Of a DNA stretch of 64,000 nucleotides, positions 20,764 to 31,434 are shown one piece after another. The notes under the pieces are model-generated. The model did no database searches and had not been told where the DNA came from. It saw nothing but the letters and a program-made list of their open reading frames with translations. The position numbers and the translations under genes are program-made. The stretch comes from a bacterium (GTDB lineage Bacteria > Electryoneota > JAOADG01), in assembly GCA_963681965.1 (NCBI GenBank), contig OY820579.1, positions 3,712,001 through 3,776,000 of the forward strand, in the 5' to 3' direction. Every line of letters starts with the position of its first letter. Positions within the stretch are counted from its first letter, which is position 1.

Positions 20764-22854
20764 CTACTTCAATATCGTAACGAGTTGCGATTGAGTAATG
20801 TGGTTTACGTTCAGATGGATAAAATAATTTCCAGAACTCAAATTCTTTCCATCGAAATTCAGTTTATAATTCCCCGCAGATTGATATCCGCGATAGAACG
20901 TGGTGATTTCTCGTCCCGCGATATCGAATATTTTAAGATCGATATTACCGGATTGCGGAAGTGAATAACTGATGATGGTCGATGAGTTGAACGGATTCGG
21001 GTAATTGGGATGGAGTGCAAACCGTCTTGGAACTGAATTGGTCGGTGATTCTTGCACGAATGTAGTACCGCCATTGGTCGTATGTAAAATCGTCGCGGAA
21101 TCGCCGACGATCCAACCGTTACCGGCATTATCGAATGCGATACTTCGCAGATAGGTCGTGACCGGGCTTTGTTGACGAATCCACGTGCTCCCGCCATCGA
21201 TCGTATGAAGTATCACGCCACTATCGCCGACAACCCACAAATTCTGATCATCGATTCGCGCGATCCCCGACAAATTACTTTGAACACCACTATTCTGTCG
21301 GGTAAAGTGATTTCCACCATTGATCGCATTGTAGATGATACCGGAATCGCCGACAATCAGGCAATGCAACGAATCGAATACTGCGATTCCGTTCAAGGAA
21401 GCGTTACTAATTCGCATGGATCGCCAGGTCGTTCCACCATCCGAGGTACGAATCAAGTGACCCAATTCACTCACTGCCCAACCGTTGCGGCGGCTGCAGA
21501 ATTGAATCTGATTCAGATAACCATCCCCCGATGAAGACTGCGAAAACCATGATGAGCCACCGTCGGTGGTGTGAATGATGCCAAAATTCGAATCGTACCA
21601 ACCATACAGACTGTCGTAAAAAGTAATGCGACGTGGTTCTTGGGTAGGACAGTGGATCCAGGTGCGACCCTGATCGGTAGTATGCGCCAGTGTATTGAAA
21701 TCCCCAACAAGCCATCCATTGGTTGGACTGGTGAAACAGATGTCGTATAGATGGGCTGTTGGAAGGAAAGCACTCACTTCCCAATTATTGCCATTGTCGG
21801 TGGTTTGCGCGACTGAACTATACATGGTGCGACCGACCGCAATCATTTTACCGCTGTCCATTGCCGCAACCCGGTTGTAACAAACAATGGAATCGGCTTT
21901 GTTTGCAATCCATCGCTGGTTCGAAACCCGACGCAAAATCAATCCCTGTTCACCGACAATCCAACCATGGGTATCATCGATGACGGAACCGCCATACAAA
22001 CTCAGATATCCTGTGGGACCGATACCCGTTAACCACAATTGACCGTAATTATCGGAATATTGAATCTGACCACCCTCACCGATCATAAATACAGTCAACG
22101 AATCGGTGAGAAAGAGTTGTGTCTGTCTTAGATAAGGCTCTGACGAATAGATCCATGTACTGCCACCATCGGCAGTTGAATAAATTCCATTTTCAACGAC
22201 AGCTAATCCTCGATTCATATTGAATAATGCGACACTTTTCAAATCTCCACCAAGTGTCACCGTATAAGCAACTGACCAAGTCGAGCCACCATTGGACGTC
22301 GAAAGAATAGTGTTTCCGCCAACTGCCCATCCGTGCAGGCTATCGATGAACGAAACGCCTGTCAACGGAAGCGAGATGTCAATTTCTTGTCGTACCCAGC
22401 TTCCACCGCCATTGGTCGTATGGAGAATCGTGCCGGAATCGCCGATAATCCAACCGTACTGCTCCCCGACGAAACTCATACTCCGTAACGTCGTCGTCAC
22501 CCCGCTGAATTGGCGATGCCACGAGTAGCACGAATCCGAGCTATACAGGATCAAACCCCGGGCGCCTACGATCCAGCCGTTTTCGCCGCGCGGAATTACA
22601 ATCGAATAGAGGTTGTTCGATGAATCGATGCTGTGATCGGTCCAATTCAATCCTCCATCATTCGAACGGAGAATCGTGCCGTTGGCACCGACAATACATC
22701 CGGTATTTGTGTTGAAAAATCTCACGCCGTAGAAGTCGATGCCATGACGCAACGATTCCTGAACGATCCACTCTTGTCCGAATACGATCGATGGGAATAG
22801 CAGAATAAAAATTAAGCAGCCAAATGCGGTTAAGCGATGTGCGATGACATTCAT
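20764..22854 (-). CDS. Secreted YCF48/BNR beta-propeller protein + CTD (more diverged CTD)
   Basis: AAGGAG RBS before MNVIAH, Asp-box repeats, CTD ending LVTILK. Confidence 0.9.
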   Translation of the reverse strand: MNVIAHRLTAFGCLIFILLFPSIVFGQEWIVQESLRHGIDFYGVRFFNTNTGCIVGANGTILRSNDGGLNWTDHSIDSSNNLYSIVIPRGENGWIVGARGLILYSSDSCYSWHRQFSGVTTTLRSMSFVGEQYGWIIGDSGTILHTTNGGGSWVRQEIDISLPLTGVSFIDSLHGWAVGGNTILSTSNGGSTWSVAYTVTLGGDLKSVALFNMNRGLAVVENGIYSTADGGSTWIYSSEPYLRQTQLFLTDSLTVFMIGEGGQIQYSDNYGQLWLTGIGPTGYLSLYGGSVIDDTHGWIVGEQGLILRRVSNQRWIANKADSIVCYNRVAAMDSGKMIAVGRTMYSSVAQTTDNGNNWEVSAFLPTAHLYDICFTSPTNGWLVGDFNTLAHTTDQGRTWIHCPTQEPRRITFYDSLYGWYDSNFGIIHTTDGGSSWFSQSSSGDGYLNQIQFCSRRNGWAVSELGHLIRTSDGGTTWRSMRISNASLNGIAVFDSLHCLIVGDSGIIYNAINGGNHFTRQNSGVQSNLSGIARIDDQNLWVVGDSGVILHTIDGGSTWIRQQSPVTTYLRSIAFDNAGNGWIVGDSATILHTTNGGTTFVQESPTNSVPRRFALHPNYPNPFNSSTIISYSLPQSGNIDLKIFDIAGREITTFYRGYQSAGNYKLNFDGKNLSSGNYFIHLNVNHITQSQLVTILK

Positions 22855-23049
22855 TTCAGCTCCTTCGGCATGAAGTAAACCAGTACGAGAATCGGTCGCA
22901 ACAAAGAAAAGGTAGAGAAAGATAGATCGATAATGAGACAAGTTACCGAAGGTTTATCGATCGGTCAATAAAATATTCGTAATTTTTGAAAATATTTTAA
23001 TGACTCATTTAATTTATTAAATATTCAATAGTTAGATTTGTGATATAAG

Positions 23050-23835
23050 ATACCCTTGGACTTCAGTCCGTTTCAGTTTCTGATTTCTATGTAGCCGCAG
23101 GCTTTAGCCTGCGTTATCTTTTTTCTGAATCTTGTATCCTGTTCTTCGTTATTGGCACGATCCTCCGCGGTCAACTGCGCTTGTAGTTCTTTTGGTAGGG
23201 GCGGTTCGCGAACCGCCCGTATCTTATATTAGTTGTATCGCTTTGAACTTATTCTCGAGAGTCTTGGAAATAATTATCGATTGTAAATCCCGAAATGTTT
23301 GGGCACCTTGACTGGAAACAGAGGAACGCGTAAGAACGCCCCTACCATAAAAAAGAGTCGGAATAAATTCCGACATACGGAAAAGAAGCTGATCGCAAGC
23401 TCGGAAGCCTGTGTTTTTATGTAGGGGCGAATCGCATTCGCCCGTTCTTGTATCCTGATCTGTCGTTGCGAACGAAGCGCGGTTTTACGCGCGAAGTGTG
23501 GCAATCTACTCTTTTCGATGTATCCTGTTCCTCGTTATAGGCACGATCCTCCGCAGTCGCCTGCGCTTGTAGTTCTTTTGGTAGGGGCGGTTCGCGAACC
23601 GCCCGTAACTTGTGATAGATGTATAGCTTTGAACTTATTCTCGAGAGTCTTACGAAGTATTTTCGATAATATTTTTGAAATGTTTGTGCACCTTGACTGG
23701 AAACAGGGGAACGCGTATGAACGCCCCTACCAAAAGGAGTCGGAATAAATTCCGACCCACCGAAATACAATTGCAGCTCAAGCAGTGGTCAGAACAAGTT
23801 CCGACCTACGGAAAAGAAGATACTCGCAGGCTCGG
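23050..23835. repeat. Composite REP-like cluster with an internal ~240-bp duplication; ends in a half-element next to the following gene
   Basis: About 12 hairpins from at least 8 families; 23133-23375 resembles 23519-23757. Confidence 0.9.
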
Positions 23836-23862
23836 AGACCCACCCATACTTCACAATATGAA

Positions 23863-25101
23863 CTACTTCACCAGCATCATTTTCTGTGTGGCTTGCGATT
23901 TTCCATTCTGGAGCCGGAGGAAATAAGTTCCCGACGACAACTGCTTGCCATCGAAATTCAACTTGTAATTCCCCGCGCGGCGATACCCTTGCTCGAGGGT
24001 ACTAATTTCCCGTCCCTGCAAATCAAACACCCGAAGATCGACGTTACATGGTTGAGGGAGGGAATAGCTGATAGTCGTTGAGGAATTGAACGGGTTGGGG
24101 TAGTTAGGAGACAATTGTAGATTTCTTGGAAATACTGTTGAGCGCTGTTCTTCAACCCAGGTTTGACCACCGGTCGTTGTATGAAGAATAATACTGCTAT
24201 CGCCGACGATCCAACCGTTATTCTCATCGCGAAAAGTGACACTCATTAGTCGTTTACGTAGCCTTGATAGATTTTGGTTTCTCCAATGAATACCTGAATC
24301 GGTCGTTCTCAATATCGCGCCGGAATCTCCAACCGCCCAGCCATGCAATGAATCGATAAAACAAATTCCGTATAGTGGATATCGATTGATTTGACCTAGA
24401 ATCGTCCAACTCATCCCACCATCTGTTGTACGACGGACGTATCCATCTCGACCAATAACCCACCCATTGAATTGATCGACAAAAGACAATCCGAACATCC
24501 ATTCCATGTTTCCAGAAACGGTATCGAGCGGGGGGAGCCAATGTTCACCCCCATCGATCGTGTATCGGATCGTATTCATCCAACCGACTGCACAGCCACG
24601 ATTTTGATCGACAAAAGCGACATCGGTAAATCCCCACACAGAATTTGAATTCTGTAGCGACCACAAAGCGCCACCATTTGTCGTATGTAAAATGCCTCCA
24701 GATCCAACGACCCAGCCATTCAGGGAATCGATGAAGTCGACTCCGCCAAGCCATCCGGTGAGGAAGCTGTTTTGTCGAGACCATGTTTCACCGGTATCGG
24801 TCGTATGTAAAATGACACCGCTATCGCCGACAGCCCATCCAGATTGTCCAATAAAATCCAGACAATTCAACTTACCATGAAAACCACTAGCTTGAATGTG
24901 CCAATTAATTACTGGATTTGAATAATGTAAAATTGCGCCACCACTTCCAACTGCCCAGAGATTATTTTCCTTGTACTTGGTATAAATTAAATTGGAATTG
25001 ATCACTACCGTATTCGCTGGTTCCCAACCATCTGCCATACTGATATTCGGAACAAATATGACGGTGCAGATAATAATGAATATAGTTGCAGCTTGCATCA
25101 T
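23863..25101 (-). CDS. Secreted single YCF48/BNR propeller protein + CTD
   Basis: Signal peptide, about 7 GWxVGDSG repeats, CTD ending QKMMLVK. Confidence 0.9.
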   Translation of the reverse strand: MMQAATIFIIICTVIFVPNISMADGWEPANTVVINSNLIYTKYKENNLWAVGSGGAILHYSNPVINWHIQASGFHGKLNCLDFIGQSGWAVGDSGVILHTTDTGETWSRQNSFLTGWLGGVDFIDSLNGWVVGSGGILHTTNGGALWSLQNSNSVWGFTDVAFVDQNRGCAVGWMNTIRYTIDGGEHWLPPLDTVSGNMEWMFGLSFVDQFNGWVIGRDGYVRRTTDGGMSWTILGQINRYPLYGICFIDSLHGWAVGDSGAILRTTDSGIHWRNQNLSRLRKRLMSVTFRDENNGWIVGDSSIILHTTTGGQTWVEEQRSTVFPRNLQLSPNYPNPFNSSTTISYSLPQPCNVDLRVFDLQGREISTLEQGYRRAGNYKLNFDGKQLSSGTYFLRLQNGKSQATQKMMLVK

Positions 25102-25369
25102 TGTTCCCTTCGAAAGATGATCTTATCGATTATGGTTTCATCAATTTCGGAATAATTATTTATTTCTAAACTAGTAGAAGTCGCTACAAATAATGATTTA
25201 ATTACAATAACCCTTTAAATGAAATGTGATTTGAAACACATATTTCTGATTAATCGATTTCTCCGAACCCAATTTTACTATGGTCGATTTTTTCACTGTA
25301 AAGAGAAGACTACATCAGTTTCCGTACAGGAAATCTCTAGTTTTCCAGTCTTATACGCCACCATCAAAA

Positions 25370-25775
25370 TGGGGATTAGGTGATAGGTAGTAGGTGGTGG
25401 GAAAAAGAGGGGTAGCGGCGGACTTTAGTCCGCTTTTTTTATTTATTTTCTATGAAGCCGCAGGCTTCAGCCTGCGTTATCTTTTTTCTGAATCCTGTAT
25501 CCTGATCTGTCGTTGCGAACGAAGCGCGTATTTTCGCGCGAAGTGTGGCAATCTACTCTTTTAATTTTGTATCCTGTTCTTCGTTTTGGCACGACTCTCC
25601 GCGGTCACCTGCCCTTGTTCTTTTTGGTAGGGGCGGTTCGCGAACCGCCCGTATCATAAGAAGAGTCGGAATATATTCCGACCCACCGAAATACAATTGC
25701 AGCTCAAGCAGTTGTCAGAACAAGTTCTGACCTACGGAAAAGAAGATACTCGCAGGCTCGGAAGCCTGCGCCACC
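25370..25775. repeat. 5x7 heptamer element plus a composite REP-like cluster homologous to 23090-23835
   Basis: Shared blocks such as TTCCGACCCACCGAAATACAATTGCAGCTCAAGCAGT and CCTACGGAAAAGAAGATACTCGCAGGCTCGGA. Confidence 0.9.
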
Positions 25776-25789
25776 AACTGAAAACGATC

Positions 25790-25824
25790 AAAAAAAAACG
25801 GGCGATCACTTTCATGACCGCCCG
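25790..25824 (-). terminator. Intrinsic terminator of ppdK
   Basis: CGGGCGGTCA..TGATCGCCCG hairpin followed by T9 on the minus strand. Confidence 0.75.
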
Positions 25825-25849
25825 CTCTTAATTCATAATGTGAAGTAGT

Positions 25850-28800
25850 TTACTTCTTACCCTTCTTCACAACTTTCTTGACCGGCTTCGCGACCTTCTT
25901 CACCACTTTCGCGGCGACTTTCTTCGCGACCGGTTTCTTCACGGCAGCCTTCTTGACCACCTTCTTCGGTGCCGCTTTCACGACTTTCTTGGCAGCCACT
26001 TTCTTCACCGGTTTCGGCGCGGCTTTCTTCGGAGCCACTTTCTTCGCCGGTGCTTTCTTGGCAACTGCTTTCTTCGCGACGGGTTTCTTCACCGCTTTTT
26101 TCGCTGCCGGCTTCGCGGCAACTTTCTTCGCGGGTGCACTCTTCGCAGTCGCTTTCTTTGCCGGTTTCGGATTCGCTTCGGCAACCTTCAGCGATGCCTG
26201 AGCCGCTGCCAGTCGCGCGATCGGTACCCGGAACGGGCTGCACGAAACATAGTCGAGACCGACTTCATTGCAGATTTCGATCGATGCCGGATCGCCGCCG
26301 TGTTCGCCGCAGATACCGACTTTCAGTCGCGACAGACCAGCTTCGGCGCGGGATGCACGACCTAGATCCGTACCCATCTTCACCAATTTCGCCACGCCCT
26401 TCGGATCGAGCGACGCAAATGGATCGGCGGGATAAATCTTGTGTTCGATGTAGAACGGCAGGAACCGTCCGGCATCGTCACGCGACAAACCGTAGGTCGT
26501 CTGCGTCAAGTCGTTGGTACCGAAGCTGAAGAATTCGGCGACGGTAGCAATTTCGTCGGCGGTAAGTGCCGCGCGCGGAAGTTCGATCATCGTTCCGACC
26601 AAATATGGAATCTTGATTCCCTGTTCGGCAAAAACTTCGGCAGCGACGCGACGCACGATATTCGCCTGTCCTTCGAGTTCCTTGATCGTCGAGACCAGCG
26701 GAATCATGATTTCAGGATGTACGTCGATCCCTTCCTTCTTCACGATGCAAGCCGCTTCGATGATCGCACGCGCCTGCATTTCGGTGATTTCCGGATACGA
26801 CATTCCGAGACGGCAACCGCGGTGTCCGAGCATCGGATTCGCTTCGCGCAAATCTTCGACGCGGGAAGCAATCGTCGCTACCGGAATACCGGTTACCTTC
26901 GACAACTCTTCCTGAGCGGCGAGTTCGTGCGGAACAAATTCATGCAACGGTGGATCCAAGGTACGCACCGTGACGGGATATCCCTGCATCGCGCGGAAGA
27001 TACCGGCAAAGTCGTCGCGCTGCAGCGGCAACAATTTCGCCAGTGCGGCTTTGCGGTCGGCGATATTTTCGGCAAGAATCATTTCGCGCATGGCGAGAAT
27101 CTTTTTGCCGCCGAAGAACATGTGTTCGGTACGGCAGAGACCGATGCCCTGCGCGCCGAACGCGATCGCGGTAGCCGCTTGATCGGGCTGGTCGGCGTTG
27201 GTACGAATGCCGAGACGGCGGACGCTGTCTGCCCACTTCATCAAGTTGTCGTACTGTTGGAACAGAATCGAATCTTCCGGCTTCATCGTCTTGTTGATGA
27301 GGACTTCGATCAATTCGCTGGGTCGCGTGTGAATCTTGCCTTCGAGCACTTCGCCGGTGAAACCGTCGATCGAGAGCCAGTCCCCTTCTTTGAACGATTT
27401 GCCGCCGATGGTCATGATACCGGTGTGATAATCGATATCGATTTCACCGCAACCGGCAACACAGACTTTCCCCATCTGCCGCGCGACGAGTGCCGCATGC
27501 GAAGTCATACCACCGCGAGCCGTCAAGATACCGACGGCGGCAGTCATCCCCTTGATGTCTTCCGGGGTGGTTTCGAGGCGGCAGAGCAAAACGATCTCAC
27601 CGCGATTCGCCCACTCTTCGGCATCCGAAGCATGGAACACGATGCGACCGGTAGCCGCACCGGGACCGGCGGGAAGACCCATCGCCAATTTCTTACCGTC
27701 TTTGATGGCGGCGTCTTTATCGGCTTTGCCGAATACCGGACGGAGCAATTGATTCAGCTGATCCGGTTCGACGCGCATCACGGCTTCATTCTTGGAAATC
27801 TTCTTTTCGGCGACGAGATCGATCGCGATACGCAATGCGGCAAATCCGGTACGTTTGCCGACGCGGCACTGCAACATGAACAGTTTGTCGCTCTCGATAG
27901 TGAATTCAATATCCATCATGTCGCGATAGTGACGCTCGAGACGGTTGCTGATGTCAACCAGTTGCTTGTATGCTTTCGGCATCACTTCTTCGAGCGACGG
28001 GAATTTTTCGGCACGGATCGCTTCGTCGATGCTGTGCGATTCGGACCAGCGCTGGCTGTGCACGAGCGTGATCTGTTGCGGGGTACGGATACCGGCGACG
28101 ACATCTTCCCCTTGGGCATTGATCAAAAATTCGCCATTGAACAGCGGTTCGCCGCTGCCGGAGTCGCGGGTGAAACCGACGCCGGTGGCGCAGTTGTCGC
28201 CCATATTGCCGAATACCATCGCTTGCACGTTGACGGCGGTGCCCCATTCATCGGGGATCTTGTTCTGAGCGCGATACACGCAGGCGCGTTCGTTCATCCA
28301 CGAACCGAACACTGCGCCGACGGCACCCATCAACTGTTCCATCGGATCGTCGGGGAAATCGATATTGAGGCGATTCTTCACGGCGGCTTTGAATTCGCCG
28401 ACCAATTCCTTCATCTCTTCCCAGCTCAGATCGGTGTCTTTCACCGCGTGCGCGTTCAGACCGTGTTTGGCGGCATGTGACGCTTTTTTGTGGTCGAGAA
28501 TTTCTTCGAATGGATCGATATCGTTTTTCGATTCCGGTTTGAGACCGAGAACGACGTCGCCGTACATCGAAACGAAGCGGCGATAGCTGTCGTAAGCGAA
28601 TCGGGGATTGCCCGATTTCGCAATCAATCCTTCGACGGTGACATCGTTGAGACCGAGGTTCAACACGGTGTCCATCATGCCCGGCATCGAAGCGCGCGCA
28701 CCCGAACGGACGCTGACCAGCAGCGGGTTCTTGGGATCGCCGAATTTCTTTTCCATGCGGGTTTCGAGCATTTTCAGGGCATCTTTGATCTGCTTCTGCA

Positions 28801-28999
28801 GTTCGGTCGGATATTTATTTCCGTTCTTATAGTAGTAGGTGCAGACTTCGGTGGTGATTGTGAAGCCCGGGGGGACGGGCATTCCGAGGTTGACCATTTC
28901 GGCGAGGTTTGCGCCTTTACCGCCGAGTAGACCCTTCATTTTCGCATCGCCGTCGGCACGTTTGCCGCCGAACGAGTATACTAATTTCTTACTTGCCAT
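25850..28999 (-). CDS. ppdK: Pyruvate, phosphate dikinase with a ~107-aa Lys/Ala/Pro/Val-rich C-terminal extension
   Basis: [40 protein letters not shown] (phospho-His), [30 protein letters not shown]. Confidence 0.97.
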   Translation of the reverse strand: MASKKLVYSFGGKRADGDAKMKGLLGGKGANLAEMVNLGMPVPPGFTITTEVCTYYYKNGNKYPTELQKQIKDALKMLETRMEKKFGDPKNPLLVSVRSGARASMPGMMDTVLNLGLNDVTVEGLIAKSGNPRFAYDSYRRFVSMYGDVVLGLKPESKNDIDPFEEILDHKKASHAAKHGLNAHAVKDTDLSWEEMKELVGEFKAAVKNRLNIDFPDDPMEQLMGAVGAVFGSWMNERACVYRAQNKIPDEWGTAVNVQAMVFGNMGDNCATGVGFTRDSGSGEPLFNGEFLINAQGEDVVAGIRTPQQITLVHSQRWSESHSIDEAIRAEKFPSLEEVMPKAYKQLVDISNRLERHYRDMMDIEFTIESDKLFMLQCRVGKRTGFAALRIAIDLVAEKKISKNEAVMRVEPDQLNQLLRPVFGKADKDAAIKDGKKLAMGLPAGPGAATGRIVFHASDAEEWANRGEIVLLCRLETTPEDIKGMTAAVGILTARGGMTSHAALVARQMGKVCVAGCGEIDIDYHTGIMTIGGKSFKEGDWLSIDGFTGEVLEGKIHTRPSELIEVLINKTMKPEDSILFQQYDNLMKWADSVRRLGIRTNADQPDQAATAIAFGAQGIGLCRTEHMFFGGKKILAMREMILAENIADRKAALAKLLPLQRDDFAGIFRAMQGYPVTVRTLDPPLHEFVPHELAAQEELSKVTGIPVATIASRVEDLREANPMLGHRGCRLGMSYPEITEMQARAIIEAACIVKKEGIDVHPEIMIPLVSTIKELEGQANIVRRVAAEVFAEQGIKIPYLVGTMIELPRAALTADEIATVAEFFSFGTNDLTQTTYGLSRDDAGRFLPFYIEHKIYPADPFASLDPKGVAKLVKMGTDLGRASRAEAGLSRLKVGICGEHGGDPASIEICNEVGLDYVSCSPFRVPIARLAAAQASLKVAEANPKPAKKATAKSAPAKKVAAKPAAKKAVKKPVAKKAVAKKAPAKKVAPKKAAPKPVKKVAAKKVVKAAPKKVVKKAAVKKPVAKKVAAKVVKKVAKPVKKVVKKGKK

Positions 29000-29553
29000 T
29001 CATTCCTCCAATGTATCGATCCGCACCGGGCATCGCAGGGATCCTTCTCATGTGCGGAATTCTGTAAATTCCTGAACAAACTTGTGTCATTGCGAACGAA
29101 GCACGCCTTGCGTGCGAAGTGTGGCAATCCATTCATTTCTGTAAAGCAGATCGCTATGACTATCGGTTGCTTTTGTGGTCTGCGAGACAAGCAATACCTG
29201 ATGCACCTGCTTGCTAACAATTTCTCAAGAAGTCCGATAACCCTAGTCGACCGCTGAATTTCTAAGGCGATAATAACCTAGTAAGGTAAGGAAAAAAGCG
29301 GGGTTTGAGAAATTTACATCGTTGGATATGACGCCTGAATTCTCGATATCTACATTGAATATTAAAGAATTAAGGAATTGCTCTGAGAATTCCAGAAAAT
29401 CAAATTCGCACCGATAATGAACACTCATACATCTTTTTGGAATTCTCAAAATGAATTTTGAATTAATTTTAAGTCTATTTTATCAATAATCATTGTATAT
29501 TATCTCATCAAAACGACCTTCACACAACCCGTTTCTCCGATTTGGGAGCACAC

Positions 29554-29922
29554 ATGAATTGGCTCGTCATCATCTTTGTATCGGTCATCGTCATCATATT
29601 TCCGTATGCGACATTCAAGCTGTTCAAATTGTTCAAGCTGATTCAGCCCTACCAACCCGATGGCGGGATGGGAATCTTTAAAATGGACTCGCCCGAAACG
29701 ATGAAGAAGCAGCGCGACTACATATCTTATATCCTGTTCGTGCTCTGCTTTTGGATCATGATCGTTGCGCCGATAATCGATTGGAAATATTTCGGCGAGA
29801 ATACCGGTATCATTGTGGTGATCGGTCTGTATGTGATCTTCGCCATTATGCTGACGATTTACGGGAAATTACGGCGGGGGCATGCACCGGTCAAGGATCG
29901 GAAAGAAGCGGTGCCGGAATAA
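29554..29922 (+). CDS. Hypothetical three-TM membrane protein
   Basis: GGGAG RBS, three hydrophobic segments, basic C-terminus. Confidence 0.65.
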   Translation: MNWLVIIFVSVIVIIFPYATFKLFKLFKLIQPYQPDGGMGIFKMDSPETMKKQRDYISYILFVLCFWIMIVAPIIDWKYFGENTGIIVVIGLYVIFAIMLTIYGKLRRGHAPVKDRKEAVPE

Positions 29923-30082
29923 ATTCGACAAACCGATTTTTTCGTGACACAAGAGGATCGCAGGCTCGGAGGCCTGCGCCACCAGGATCAATCACAAGAG
30001 GAGTCGGAATAAATTCCGACATACCGTACGAAAGCGGAATGTAGGCGCATAGGCTTGCACCAACGATTTTTTTGGAGACAAT

Positions 30083-31036
30083 ATGATCAGAATTACACTT
30101 TCCGCTCTACTCTTCATCGTCATGGTATTTGCGATCGGTTGTCCCAACGATAACCCGACGTCACCACCGGAATCGCAATTCAGCGGGATCTTGCGGACGG
30201 ATATTTCCGGCGCGATTCTCGGTGGCGATACAACCGATTGGAAAGTGGTCCGAACCGCCATTCCGACTCCGAAACAGAAGACAGACGAAGTCACGTCGCT
30301 CGCAGTTCCATCGCTCCACAATTCTCCGGAATTATCCGTGATCTCGCCAGCGATCGCTGTTGTTCCAGTCCCGACCAACACCTATTTGTCCGCGGCATAC
30401 TGCAATCCCGGCTATTACATCGTGAATTTTCAATTGACCCTAAGTGCTGCCGGTTGTCTCACGCTCGTTACGAAAAGTAATCCCGCAACCATTGTCCATT
30501 CATTCGCAACGAATCAGGCACTCTCGGCTGGCGTCCACCTGATTCGCTGGGATGTCAGCAACATTACTCCGGGTATCTACCGCGTGGAAATGACTGCCGA
30601 TGTCGGCAGTTATCGCTATACCGAATACGGCGATGTGGAAATCAAACATCCGGTCGCATCGCCTACGGCACGCACCTTTGCCGATGCCCATTTCAGCGAA
30701 TCGAATTATCGCAATGCAGAATATCTCGTCGCGACACTTGCCTACAATCCTACCCGTATCGCCCCGACACCCTTCGTCGGAACGCGAGCGGATTGGAATG
30801 CATTACCGTTCTTACCGAATGGAATTGTGACCTACTCGAAGTACGATTATTTGGGGTGGGCGTTCTTCTACGATTTACCGACGACACATAATGACCAATA
30901 CTATACGACCATCGGTCTGAACCTTGCGCAATTCGGTTTCGGGTGGGATGATGGCACGGGCAATACTCCCAATTATTACAATTTCGACGGAACCAGCGCC
31001 AACGAGACAAGCTATCATTCATATTTTTCTTATTGA
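30083..31036 (+). CDS. Putative lipoprotein with an internal FlgD/CTD-like Ig domain
   Basis: GGAG RBS, lipobox FAIG-C, SAGVHLIRWD...PGIYRVEM. Confidence 0.7.
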   Translation: MIRITLSALLFIVMVFAIGCPNDNPTSPPESQFSGILRTDISGAILGGDTTDWKVVRTAIPTPKQKTDEVTSLAVPSLHNSPELSVISPAIAVVPVPTNTYLSAAYCNPGYYIVNFQLTLSAAGCLTLVTKSNPATIVHSFATNQALSAGVHLIRWDVSNITPGIYRVEMTADVGSYRYTEYGDVEIKHPVASPTARTFADAHFSESNYRNAEYLVATLAYNPTRIAPTPFVGTRADWNALPFLPNGIVTYSKYDYLGWAFFYDLPTTHNDQYYTTIGLNLAQFGFGWDDGTGNTPNYYNFDGTSANETSYHSYFSY

Positions 31037-31049
31037 CGTTGGTAGGATG

Positions 31050-31434
31050 TGGTGCGGCGGACTTTAGTCCGCTTTTTTCCGTAGGGGCGTATGGCATGCG
31101 CCCTTTTTGTCTTCGGTCTATTTGTAAACCGTTTCTTCTTCTGTCCTGTAAATTCCGAATCTTTTTTAGTAGGGGAGGGCTCGTGAGCCCTCCCGTTCTT
31201 GTATCTTTTTTATATCCAATATCAATTCCCGCCACCCCCCCAAAAAAAAGAGTCGGAATAAACTCCGACTGACTGAAAACAGGTGAATCGCAGGCTCGGA
31301 GGCCTGCGCCACTAAAGACAAGACACCAGAGGTGGTCAGAACAAGTTCTGACTTACGCAACAGAAGATTCTCGAATGCCTAGAAACCACACCCTCTTGTA
31401 TATCCAAGCACCAAGTACTAAGCACCAACCACTA
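31050..31434. repeat. REP-like cluster (three + then three - elements) and a 5-unit heptamer tract at the epimerase stop
   Basis: Hairpins at 31052, 31081, 31169, 31252, 31289, 31335; tagtggt tggtgct tagtact tggtgct tggatat on the minus strand. Confidence 0.85.

Noticed and set aside
9223-25101. Diversity-generating retroelement acting on the repeated C-termini
   Set aside because: No reverse transcriptase or non-coding template repeat is in the window, and the differences between copies are not adenine-specific and are mostly synonymous.
5964-25101. Integron cassette array or shufflon
   Set aside because: No tyrosine or serine recombinase and no attC-like sites or inverted cassettes; several genes have their own promoters.
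26441-28480. 679-aa plus-strand ORF
   Set aside because: It is an antisense shadow of the strongly codon-biased ppdK gene and has no recognisable motifs.
29020-29060. Riboswitch in the ppdK leader (TCCGCAC/GTGCGGA stem)
   Set aside because: Only a single stem is present, with no recognisable aptamer consensus.
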